From Lama guanicoe (taxonomy: Eukaryota): 64,000 nt of DNA. The stretch spans positions 17,166,711 to 17,230,710 of the forward strand of contig MU054187.1 in assembly GCA_013239625.1 (NCBI GenBank). Reading direction: 5' to 3'. The translations under genes were made by a program, and so were the position numbers. Of the stretch, positions 53,060 to 64,000 are shown piece after piece (the first letter of the stretch is position 1; every line of letters starts with the position of its first letter). The notes below the pieces were generated by a model. That model did no database searches. It was not told where the DNA came from and was given only the letters and a program-made list of their open reading frames with translations.

Positions 53060-53490
53060 TGTAAGAGTCTAGGATTTGATTTTATAGGCTAATGAGCTTG
53101 CCTTTTACTCTTTCATAGAGTCTGGCAGAAGATGGAGAGAAAGGGACTGTATGATTCACAGCATGGCAAGTGACGTGGGACTCATGTTTATGTCAGTTCT
53201 CCTGCCTCACAAAACCCACAGGGGTGACATGCAGCATCCAGATAGATGGTGCACACACAGATTGTTTACATCACAGCAAAGGACCACAAGGTGAGAAAGC
53301 CACTGTTTTATAGCGGGCAATATGCAAACCTGCCCTTTGTTCCAGGGGGAACCATTCTCTCATTCCTCTACTTTTCTCTCTGCAAATCCAATCCTGAAAA
53401 ATGGCCGTGTAAAGATAGGTTAAAGTCTTGCATTATTGGCACACCCAGCAAGACGTGAAGAAGCACAAGAGACCCACAGAGGATTGTTGG
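53060..53490. mobile_element. MER77-like LTR
   Basis: ggctaatgagcttgcc...ctggcagaaga...gcaaacctgccctttgttccagggg...gcaagacgtgaagaagcacaagagacccacagaggattg. Confidence 0.6.
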
Positions 53491-55387
53491 GCAAAAATAA
53501 TATAATGGGGAAGCAAATATGTTAACAAGTAACTGAAATCAGTACAATACATCTTATAACATAGCCCCGTAAAAAGCAAAATTAATGAAACCTTCTACGT
53601 AAAGTCTAATTTTTAAAATAAATACATATAGAGACAGAATTCTCAGCATTTAGAGTATCAGATTTAATTCAAGAAAATGCTCAGATTCTTAATGGAAAAC
53701 ATGGTTCCGCAAAAACATCACCTTTATGTCTAGGTAGAGCGGTGGATGATACAAAAAGAGATGCAAAAAACTCAGATTGTCCTTAACAAGGCTTCGTCCA
53801 GTGCTTCATCAGTTCTTTTAGGAAGTAAGATTATAGGCTAGCAGCAAAATCTTATTGCAGTTATGACTCAGAGGTCTTTAGTATACAGACATACACATAA
53901 ATTATTATAACATACATAACGTACTCTATATGTTCAATTTTCTCAAATGATGCCTTCTAGTGTAATCATTAAAATACAAAATTATAATTCCTTTAGAATA
54001 ATTGGGTCACTGCCTAGTTGATTATTGTAAAAGTAAAACTTAGTTTGCAGGGAGGGCAGAAAAGGTAAAAATTCACCCTCCAAATGTAGATTCTATATTA
54101 AGGTACACAGTCAAATGTACATAGTTACTGCACAGGTTACCTAAAAACAGGTAAAAATGTTTGGTATGAAGCCATAAAGGAAATAAGACTGACATTTTTG
54201 TACGTATCTCTGGCCTCTTCGTATTGCTAAACTTTTCACCCCTCTTGAAGGTCTATTCCTGCCTTCTCTTCTCTCTTTCTTTTCAAAAGAGAAAAAAAAA
54301 TCTGTTATTGATTCCACACTACTTACTTCTCAGTAGAATTTGGTTTTGAACTTGTGTCTGAGATGGTGGAGTGAAACACTTTGTGCCCTCCATTAGGAAT
54401 CCCATGCCTCAGCAGAGCACGTGTGGTATGACTGGGCCAGAGTCATTGATACAGTGCTGCTAAAATCTCATAGAAGCCCAGAAATTAACCTTCCCTCAGT
54501 AGTTGCCGGGCACCTAGAAGTGAGGTTAGCTCAGAGGGGAGGCTATTTGGTGACGCCCTTTGCAGGCAAAACAAGATCACAAATGACTGCTATTTTAATG
54601 CCCCTGCTGCTGGTGCCACGCCTGCTGTTCCTGTTACTCTTCGTGGGAAGATTATGTCCTAAGAGCTCTGAGCACAGAGCAATATGTCCCAGCTTTGCTG
54701 CCTCCTTGGTGCTCTAACCTCAAAGTCTGGAGAGTGTCTGGTCTAAACACAGCCTGCCTCCTGTAGGTCATGTTAACACATGCTCCTTCATGCTCAATTT
54801 ATTGTTTCTTCCATTTAAACTTCTAACATCTAAAACCTACTTTCTTAAAGGACGGACACTGTGTTATGAAGCATGTAAAGGATGTACTCTGGCTAAAAGG
54901 TGACATTCATCAAGAAATAGACAGACACTGGATTCAGGAAGTGGTTGAACAAAACTAAAGACCTGAGAAGTGATATTCCTGGATAATGGCTACGTCGTTG
55001 GTTTAGAGATAAAATAGTCTAGACTGAGACAAGAGGAAGAAAGTGTTACAACTGGAGAAGGAAGTCAAGATTCTTACATCTGAACTGAGCCCTTCTCCTA
55101 AGCTATCTCATCAGCTCAAATCCCTAGCATCAATTTGGAATTGTGTTTTTTAATATTTGGTTTGATTTTTTTTTCTGGTAAATTGGTATCACCTTGTACA
55201 TTATGCTGCTAGAAACAACAGACTTAGGTTTCAAGCGTATGTACATGTCACAAAATATACTTTCTATTCATATATTTTTATATATAAACATATTTGCACA
55301 ACAGAAAATCTCTGTGTCACAGCATATGTGTAACATGAAAGATATCCACTATCTGTATCCAATTGTGCTACCAACCTGACTGTTCTT

Positions 55388-55593
55388 TTTTTTCAAACAT
55401 TTTTTTTGTTGAGTTATAATCATTTTACAATGTTGTGCTAAATTCCAGTGTAGAGCACAATTTTTCAGTTATACATGAACATACATACATTCATTGTCAC
55501 ATTCTCTTTTGCTGTGAGCCACCATAAGATCCTGTATCTATTTCCTTGTTGTACACAGTACAATCTTGTTTATCTATTCTACATTTTGAAATC
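55388..55593 (-). mobile_element. 5'-truncated camelid-type L1 3' UTR with TSD
   Basis: Reverse complement of the 9690-9889 element with a poly(T) start. TSD cctgactgttctt (55375-55387) / cctgactattctt (55594-55606). Confidence 0.9.
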
Positions 55594-56917
55594 CCTGACT
55601 ATTCTTATTATCAAATTTTCACAAGATTTTATTTTCTATTTTTAGTTTCCTACCCCATAATTCAGGTTGGTAGAAATATAAAAGCTAAAGGAATAATTTT
55701 AAAGTACCTATTTGCTTGATTTGATTTGATATGGACCTACCCAAACTCCTCTCATCCCAGAAAATTCAAATCAAGGGGTAGCTTAAAATATGGTCACATA
55801 TTTCCTTAAAATTTCCCATCTGCTCAAGAGTTTAAAAAACATGTCATATTGTATATAATTCCTGCAGTTTATATTCAAGAGCTTACATTTACATATTTTT
55901 GTGGAGTCTATGAAATTATATCATATATTTACATATATGCATGTAAGCCCCAGGAACCTAGGAATTATGAAAGAGAATTATGCATTAACTAGGATAGACC
56001 TTGAACAAAACTGACTATAATTTAAAAAAAAGGAATGTCTTTTTGTATGCTGCTTCTGTTAAAATGTAGGTTATTATTAAACTGCCATCTCCAGAGGCTA
56101 ATTCAGTAGACATCCTCCGATTTATCTCTGTCTACTAGTGACGCCAGTGTTTTGTCCCACCCCTCCACCTCTTGCCTTTCTTTCTCTGCTACCCTGCTCT
56201 TCTCTCTTATTGCTATTCCTTGAGGAAATTCTTTTGTTGTGAAATTTGCTCAAAAGGATTAATTAAACAATTAGTTATGCAATCCACACTAGAGAACAAT
56301 TATGTTTTTAAATTGCCAATTAAGCCTTTTAGACAAGTTACAACAATATATTCAATGCTGTCTTTGAAAATATCCTGACGCCTAACTGAAGAATTTCTCC
56401 TTTTACTAGCAACCTCCAACAACTATCAAATCCTCTTACTCTGAAACACTAAGCAGATGTTTGCAGTTTGCCCTCCAGCCAAGACTAGAAGACACACGCT
56501 GACTGCAGCAAAGGGGCATTCCATTGAAATAGGCCAAACAATAGAGTGGTTGATCAAGTCCCTTGGAGCAAGTTCTTCTTTTTCAGCATAAGTGATCTGG
56601 GAAAGTTTCTACCAGGTCTGTGCTCCTCAAGGATGAGGGTTTCAATACTGTTCTAGCACTTTCAACCCCCCTCTTAACAGCATGAGCTGTTTAAGAGTGA
56701 AAAGCGATCCTGAAGTCTGTTGGGGAAAAACGGGGCAGGGCAGATCTCACCCGTTGTCATGTGTGATTGTGTAAGGCAGATAAATGACTGTGTCCTACAT
56801 TAGTTTTAAAGGCAAGGAAAACTTGAGGCTGGTGTGTGTGTGTGCAAGCACTCACATATAGTTTAGAGAAAGTTGGAAAATTGTTCATGCTAATGAATGA
56901 TTCTTAATAGTATGCTG

Positions 56918-57322
56918 TGCAAACAAATGAACGTTGCCTGCCATTACAGTTCTACGAAGATCAAGTCATAGGCACAGCCAGCGCTCCTGGAAAGGAATTC
57001 AGGATGAAGCCTTGTGGTGTGGTGTTCTGGATATAGAGGACCCTAGACCCAGTTAAAATGCATACATAAGATAGAATTCCAATGGCCCCAGGCTTCTGCA
57101 TCTTCCTATACACAGAAAAGCACTAAAATCATTAGTTGACATACCTGATCCTTGTGACTAGCAGAAACGTTTCACTGAAATCTTGACGGCACTGGGGCAT
57201 ACAAACTAGCTCCTTCCCCACCTCGTTGGAACAGTGGCTGTCTCTGGGCTAGAGTCCTCAGTAAGACACTGGACAAACTTGACTCACAGCTCTTACATAG
57301 TGTGTTTTGGGCTCAGGCGACA
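56918..57322 (+). mobile_element. MER41-like ERV1 solo LTR
   Basis: tgcaaacaaatgaacgttgcctgccattacagttctacgaagatcaagtcat...cactaaaatcatta...gtcctcagtaagac...gaca. Its 5' end matches the reverse complement of about 61140-61201. TSD gctg/gcag. Confidence 0.7.
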
Positions 57323-57855
57323 GCAGAAATCCCAATATGGAATTCTGAACCACCTACTGGAAGAATCGTAGTCTCAGCCTCTACTTTCCGTCCTACTCTC
57401 CACAGGAAAAATGCAGATCCAGGTGTTACCATTGAAGATGCCAAAAAATATTTCACAGAGATAAAGTGCCCAAATTTTCACAAGCAAATATACCAATAAT
57501 TCCATAAATAGAGTAAGTTAGACGATTCAGCAAGTTAACTAGTTAATTTAGTCACAGGTTCAAGCAATTTTCAGTGAAATTTAGAAATCAGCAGGTTATT
57601 GAAGGAGAAACAAGAATAGTTCTGTCCAAATCCTGGAGAGACACGTAGGTCACCTCTTCAGCAAACTTCAGACACCTTCTTTAATCTTTCCATGAACATT
57701 TTTCTCTTTCAAGTTTACAAAGTTTTACTTGTTTGCTTCCTTCCTTAAGCTATATAACTAGTTATTAATGTTGCCCCCTAATTTCTTCTTCTGCAAGAAC
57801 GACTCTATTGTTGCTTATAATCTCTCTAGTATTTTTTTTTAACTTGATTTTGTTT

Positions 57856-58845
57856 TGTGGACAAAAAATTAATCAGTCAATATGTTAGGCAGTTAGATAA
57901 GTGGGGGCACTGGGCAGGTAGGTGGAGGAGAGGGAGGATGGTTCGGAAAATGCCATTATGTTTGCCTCTAGCATAAAAGGACTTTATTTCTTCTAAATGA
58001 GTGCCAGCAAGAAACTGGCTAATACCTGACAGCCACAACTGCAGAGCAGCAGAAAGGACATAAAGGGACACAACCCAATGTTCATTGTGTTATAATTAAC
58101 ATTGTGGTTTAGGCCCCACCCATGGGTTTTTCTGTGTGCACCATGGATAAGGACATGCACAAAGGGACCACACATTACCAAGCACCTCAGGGACGAGAGC
58201 CATCAATCAGCCAAGAGACCACCTCTAAGTAAGGATATAAGAGGAACGGGGGACACAAGCCATCACTCTTCCTCCCTTGAATCAGCCTTCCTGCCATTCT
58301 TGGGGGTGCCCCTTTCCTTTTTTTAAAAAAATCTTTTGCTACACAACGCCTCATCTCCCAACTATAAACTTGCCTTTCGGATCTGACAAGAATTGGGGTC
58401 TTTACCATTTAGGGTAACAGATCTAAGAAAAAAAAAATTGAAAATTTTATTGAGGCCAAATTTGAGGACTGTAACGCTGAAAGAGCATCTGAGAAATCTC
58501 TGCGAACTGTTCTGCTGGGTAGAAATCAAGGCACAGTTTTATAAATTTTTTTAGACAGTGGGCTGTACATCAAATGGCACATTATTGACAGTTTACATAA
58601 TCTAGACCTAAGTGTCATCCTGATGAGTCATGTGACCCCTTACAAGCTCAAGACGGAATTTCATCTTTTAAGGAGTCGCCCTATTGATGCTAGGAGAGTG
58701 TTACTCCTTATGGTTGAGCAGGTGTTCTCGCTGATGCAGGTGGTCAATGTGCAAAGCAGACACACAGTGCAGTGTAGGAGAGGAGGTCAAAGGGAGAGGA
58801 AAATTTTTTTGTTTACATTTTTTCTTGTCTGAATTTTATTTCACA
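57856..58845 (-). mobile_element. ERV1 solo LTR (MER41-related) interrupted by another LTR
   Basis: tgtggacaaaaaattaatca...[insert]...ctaagaaaa...aaaattttattgaggcc...ttttatttcaca. Perfect 4-bp TSD gttt (57852-57855 / 58846-58849). Related to 60086-62021. Confidence 0.8.
57883..58419 (+). mobile_element. ERV solo LTR nested in 57856-58845
   Basis: Inverted termini tgtta...taaca and a TATA-like gatataaga near 58234. The host LTR sequence resumes exactly after it. Confidence 0.75.
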
Positions 58846-59280
58846 GTTTTAACTTTTAAACTGTCTTTAAAATCTTCATATTTAAAGGAGTTTTTGCTAA
58901 ATTTTGTGCAAGCAAAGAAAGAATCACAAAATTAACAAACACAAGAAGTCAAAAAGGATCTACAGATAGTGGAAAACAAACTTTTAAAAAGTCTTTGATT
59001 TTTCAAGCTTAGGGCTCCTTCCCAGGATTGTTGGTTAATTGGCTATTACAAACATCTACATATTAAAAAGTAAGGATCTGGCGCAGTTTATGTCAGAGAG
59101 AAAAGAACGAAATGCGTGGGAGAGAGTTTACAAAGTACGTTAATGAAAGCACTGTCTTTTCATAAAAAAGTTTGTCAACAATTCTCAGTTCTCAAATAAA
59201 TAAGCAGAAATTGGCTAGCAAAATTAAGCATATTTTATTCTCTTATATGTGTGAGAAACTATGATATTGTGATTTATGGT

Positions 59281-59685
59281 TGTTAAGAAACAAAAATTAA
59301 ACCAAGTAAATTTGAAGGTCTAATTGGCTTTATTCAAGCATTCACACATCAGGCAGCACTCCATCTAGTTAAAAGAATAATGCTCCTCCAGAGGAATTGC
59401 ACAAAATGGAAAGTTTTCAAAACCAGAAGGAGGGTGGTGCAAGTTAGCAAAAGAGGAGAAAAAATTGTTTCAGTACTCTTCTGTTTCTTTGGGGGCTGGG
59501 GAGAGGAGGCAAAGGTCTTATCATGCAGATTACCTCACTAGTGCTGATCAGGAAATTTCGGATTGTCCGTTCAAAGGTCACATTCCTGGGAGATGTTGAA
59601 ACTGCAATTAAGTCTTTGTTTGCTGTCCTGGGGACAAATGACTCCATTTTGGGCTAGTTATTTATTTTTACCAGTTGTTTCTTTT
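59281..59685 (-). mobile_element. ERV1-class LTR (MER31/MER67-like)
   Basis: tgttaagaaacaaaaatt...ctaattggctttattca (minus-strand AATAAA)...gcagattacctcactagtgctgatcagg...tgactccattttgggc. Confidence 0.65.
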
Positions 59686-60085
59686 TGTTATGTTAATGAT
59701 GTAAATTTGGGACCACACCTAAGGATTCTGGCTATTGCTGAAAGAACCAGCCATGTGATCAGAAGGTTGCAATCTCAGTAACACCCTCCTGACCCTCAGG
59801 GGAGGGAAGAGGAGCAAAGGTTGAATCAATTGCCAATGGCTAATGATTTTATCAACCATGTCCATTTAATGAAGCCTCCATGAAACCTCAAAAGGAACGG
59901 AGTTTGGAGAGCTTCTTGGAGCCATGAACAAGTGGAGATTTGAGGAGAGTGGCACACTCTTAGAGGGTGCACCCGTCCCACATACCTTATCCATCGCTGC
60001 CATTTGGCCCTTCCTAAATTCTATCCTTTCATAAGAAACCAGTAATCCAGGAAGTAAAATGTTTCTCTGAGTTTGATGAGCCTCT

Positions 60086-62021
60086 TGTCAATGAAAAATT
60101 AATCAATAATTAACCTAAGAAAGAAATGGACAATTTTATCTGAGCCGACCTGAGGATTATAATCCCAAAGACAGTCTTTCAAAAAACCCTGAGTGATGCA
60201 GGAAAACGGATGTGAGGTGTGAGGAGGGCCACGTCCCAGGTCTCAGTTGAGCCTCTGGGATGTGCCCTGCCAAGTGTTGGTCCTTGGCTTTGTGCAGTAA
60301 AGAAATCAAGTGCGAGCCACAGTTGACTAAAGGTAGATTTATTTAGAGAGATACATACTGCATAGAGTGTAAGGCAAGAGAAAGGCAAGGAAAGAAGAAT
60401 GGGAATTGGGTGCTCAGGGTAAAGTAAAAGTAGGTGCACACTCCACAGAGTGCGGGCCGTCTCCAAAGAGAAGGGAGTGAAAAAAGTCCATTAGGCATGG
60501 TGTTGCCAGTTTTTTGTGGGCTCAGTAGTTTCACACACCTACAGGTGGGATCATTCCATCTGCCCTGGGGAAGGGGCTGAGATTACGAGGAATTGGGCCA
60601 CCGCCCAGTCCTTGGCCTTTTTTGCTTAGCCTTGGGACTGTCATGGTGCCTGCGGGCATGTTATTTGATCTTGCTGTTACAATGAGCATACAATGAAGCT
60701 CAAGGTCTACTATAAGTCAAACTTCTTAATCCTCAAGGCCAACCAGGAGTTGAATCTTCCACCATTTTGGTGACTCTTCCACCATCTTTGTGTTAAATCA
60801 CTGTCATTCCTTGAATGGCTGTGCCCTGCCCACTTCCTGTCTCATGAGGATGGTCCCAAAGAGGTAAAGGGGGACTGCTAGTCTGTATGTGATTTTGCTG
60901 TATGTGACTTGGGGTGTATGCAATCAAGCACACATCTTGGTAGAAGGTTACTGCTATTCACAAGAAACATGTATCTTAGTTAATGGTTTTAATGCTTTAC
61001 TGAGTATGGAAAGATGCAAAACCTGAGTTCATAAAATTTCTCCTGAAAATATCTATTTGAGGTCCAGTTTTCCCAGTATTTCCAGAGCACAAAGTGTCTC
61101 ACCCTCATTTCCTTTCAGGGAGTACTGTAGGTCAGTGATTACAGTGGCTAATGACTTGATTCTTGTAGAAATGGCTGGTAGACAACATTCTTTATTTTAT
61201 AATAACCCTCCCTTTTAGTCATAATTTTGACCAAGGTTTGGGAGGCATTTTATGACCATTTCATCCCCTGGTGCTAGGAATCCTCATTCTGAGGTCAGGA
61301 GAAGAATTTCACTGATGGTCACTCAATGTACCATTACTGGACCAGGCTCTGTCACCAGTATCCCAAAGCCTCTGGACCATCTATATTTCTAGTCTGTTAT
61401 GGTCCAGAAAATCATTTGCTCTTGTTGCTTTTTCCCATGTCTAGACTTACACTATTACAGTCATTGATCTCATAGTTTTATATATTTGATCAGTTATTTC
61501 AAGCTGCCTAGCCATCATTTTTTTTTTAAATTAGAGGCTCAGTCACACATTTGGTAATGCAAGAAACAATAATCTTGTAAAATGGACAGAATACAAATAA
61601 TATAGCTAGACAGTCATAAGGTCATACATAAAACTGTATTTAAGCTAAGAACTTCCATTAAGTGTGGCCCAGTATCTCTCTAGGTCACCTGACCCAGTCC
61701 ATTCTGCACCAATCACTGTCTTTAAAGCATTGTACATAAAGTTCTCCAAAGATACTTGCATGTACAAGGAGAGGGTCATCATAACTGCTTACGGGATTAA
61801 GAAAGGAATGTAATCTTCTAAGGAATTACATGGCTGGCGGCAGAAGAAAAATTTATCTTTATGGTTGAGCAGGCATTTCTGCCATTTGAGGGCTCTGGTT
61901 AGTGCAAAATACGGATGCGCAGCACATGCTGGAGGGGAGGAGGGATGCCCAAGTGGGCAGAGAAAACTTTTTATTTATATTTTTCTTAACTTGTCTGAAA
62001 ATATAATTTTTATTTTCATCA
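60086..62021 (-). mobile_element. Composite MER41-like LTR element inserted in MER21
   Basis: TG...CA termini (tgtcaatg...ttcatca). Perfect 4-bp TSD ctct (60082-60085 / 62022-62025). Confidence 0.85.
60194..60844 (-). mobile_element. ERV1 solo LTR nested in 60086-62021
   Basis: tgatgcagg...cctgtctca. Perfect 4-bp TSD tgag (60190-60193 / 60845-60848). Minus-strand AATAAA near 60338. Confidence 0.85.
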
Positions 62022-62939
62022 CTCTCTAGAAAGCTAATGAAACCCAAAGAGAGGGTCATGAGAACCTCTGATTTATAGCCATTTGGTCAGAAGTACTGGT
62101 GAAAAACTGGCCTTGCAATGGGCATCTGAAACAGAGGTCAGCCTTGTGGAACTGGGCCCTCATCCTGCGGAACCTGATGGTATCTGGACAGTGTCAGGAC
62201 TGAGCTGAATGGTAGTGGGAACCTCAGAGAATGTTTGGCTGTGTGGGGAAGCCCCTCTCCCCAGCACCATCCCCAAAAAAAGATGCATTGCAAATTGGCG
62301 ATCAGAATCATTAGAAGAAAGAAGAAAAATAATTAAAAGTTGGGACGAAGGAGTACGTTAATGTGTTTATAAGTTAATCATGTTAGGTAAATCTGATAAT
62401 GATACAAACTACAATCTACTAAGAAATTCGGGTTTCAGGGTGCTGGGAGATTATTATTCCTTCTACAGTGATACAAACACCAAGTTTCAGGCAAAGAATA
62501 AAATATTTGATCAATATCTATCACTGCTCTTAAACATCTACCCTTAAAATGACATAATATTACAGCTGAAGTTACAGATTTCTACCAGTAAGTTGACACA
62601 AGGTAACTTCCTGGATCAAAGTGAGATACTTAGAATCACATCTGTTAACATAAGTAGCAGAATTGTAATTTTTAGTTTAAACAAATAAACTTTTGTTTTT
62701 CTGCCTACGTCATAACATTTTTGTTAGGACAGCCTTAGTAGTTACCATTGTTGAGAATTTTAAAATGTATTGTTTTTCTCTTTGATTATAATAGAAACAT
62801 GTTTTATGTTAGAAGAAAATTTAAATCAAATAGCCTAAAATCCTGAGAGGCAATTAATGTCTTTGTTGATTTCCATTATTTTAAAAACATATTCGGGATC
62901 ATGGAATAAATGAGATTTTCTATTCAAGTTATTTTACAA

Positions 62940-63270
62940 ATTAAAGTTAACACATTGTTTTTTCATTGTTTCAAATTAATAAGTAGCCTTCAATGACAAG
63001 TTAATGGCTTCCTAACAAATTGGTTCTTTGAAGTGTCATGAATTGTTTAACCATCCACTGACAATTACATATTTTATTTACAACTTATAATTTTATTATA
63101 AATGCCACTATAATAAGCATCTTTATTGTTAAATCTTTGTTCCATTATCTCTCAATTCCCTAAAACTTACTAACAGAAATTGAGTTACTTACAATTAATT
63201 GCTTTTTGTTATTTTGGGTAAATGCTGGGAAATTACTTGCTGAAAATGGCATTCCACTGAATGACCCATA
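62940..63270 (-). mobile_element. Old L1ME-like 3' region remnant
   Basis: tttaaccatccact...ttttattataaatgccactataataagcatcttt...aaatctttg...agaaattgagttact is an antisense L1ME-type tract. Confidence 0.45.
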
Positions 63271-64000
63271 TGGTAAATGAGAAATAAATCTAAATAAAGC
63301 TTCCCTTACAAATACACACACAGATGCATACACATTTTACACATATTTAATAGTCTTTTAACCACCAGAATATCTAAATCTATAAATTAATAAATAAATA
63401 TTTAAACAAACATTATTAAGTGAATAGAGGTAGCAAGAGAAATTGTAGGTATTACAAACCAACAGGGAGCTAAAGAACTAAACAATAAGTTTACAATTTG
63501 ATATTGAGACAGCTGTGAGTTAGTAGGAAAGTAAGAGAATGAATTGCAATCTTTAGATTTAAATTTAATTTGCACATTGTAGGGTAAGACTAGAGCCAAG
63601 AGCCTGTGGAGCTTTGTGAAATCAGAAATCTGAATAAAATTGTGAACCAGAAACATTGTAGACCTACTAGCACAGGATAGGTAGCTTCCTTGTCTTCATC
63701 TAAACTCAGGACAGATAAATTAAAACACACATGATGAAACTCCTGGTAAAACTGAGAAAGTATTGGGTACATTTAATAATAGAATTAATTATCCTGAATT
63801 AATATAATGTAATTGATCAGTAGTAAAATATGTACCAGAAAACAAATGTTAACAATGATTAACAATACCAAAGTAAGGATTCAAATATAACACATAAGAA
63901 TATATTATGAAAAAAGAAGAAAATTTAAAATATACAAATAACCATATGTTACAATTTTCACATAAACACTAGATAATAGTAAACTGGAAAATGGATGCGA

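Larger units (their letters stand above)
59690..62310 (+). mobile_element. MER21-like LTR split by a 1.9-kb insertion
   Basis: ccaatggctaatgattttatcaaccatg...aatgaagcctccat...gtttctctgagtttgatgagcctct || ctctagaaagctaatgaaacccaaagagagggtcatgagaacctctgatttatagccatttggtcagaagta is continuous with MER21 across the break. Confidence 0.8.

Noticed and set aside
674..63772. Remaining 60-116 aa ORFs in the track
   Set aside because: Short, often with non-ATG starts, low-complexity or inside repeats, and none resembles a protein I recognise; consistent with random expectation.

Overview
AT-rich mammalian non-coding DNA, most likely from a camelid (alpaca/llama/camel). That assignment rests on three tRNA-Ala-like Vic-1-type SINEs and three camelid-type L1 3' ends, recognised from memory rather than a database search. 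I find no supportable protein-coding gene, true tRNA, rRNA or CRISPR; the ORF track appears to be noise. The window is a layered fossil record of transposons: old L2/MIR/MER DNA elements, MaLR and ERVL LTRs, degenerate L1s, a deleted ERVL provirus with a recognisable pol remnant (49.4-52.4 kb), a non-autonomous ERV1-type provirus with a tRNA-Arg PBS (43.1-45.5 kb), and a dense nested LTR cluster (56.9-62.3 kb) with readable target-site duplications. Repeat-poor blocks (about 2-5.5, 13-19 and 26.3-27.7 kb) look like candidate regulatory or conserved DNA and contain a few exon-like segments. The most unusual observations are a ~125-bp polyadenylated, TSD-flanked copy of just the R region of an ERV LTR (21.9 kb), a chimeric LTR-internal-LTR unit bounded by one TSD (60.1-62.0 kb), and a perfect 34-bp palindrome with local mosaic copies (34.5 kb). 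I see no convincing new gene system. Family names come from visual similarity to remembered consensus sequences, and boundaries of old repeats are approximate.
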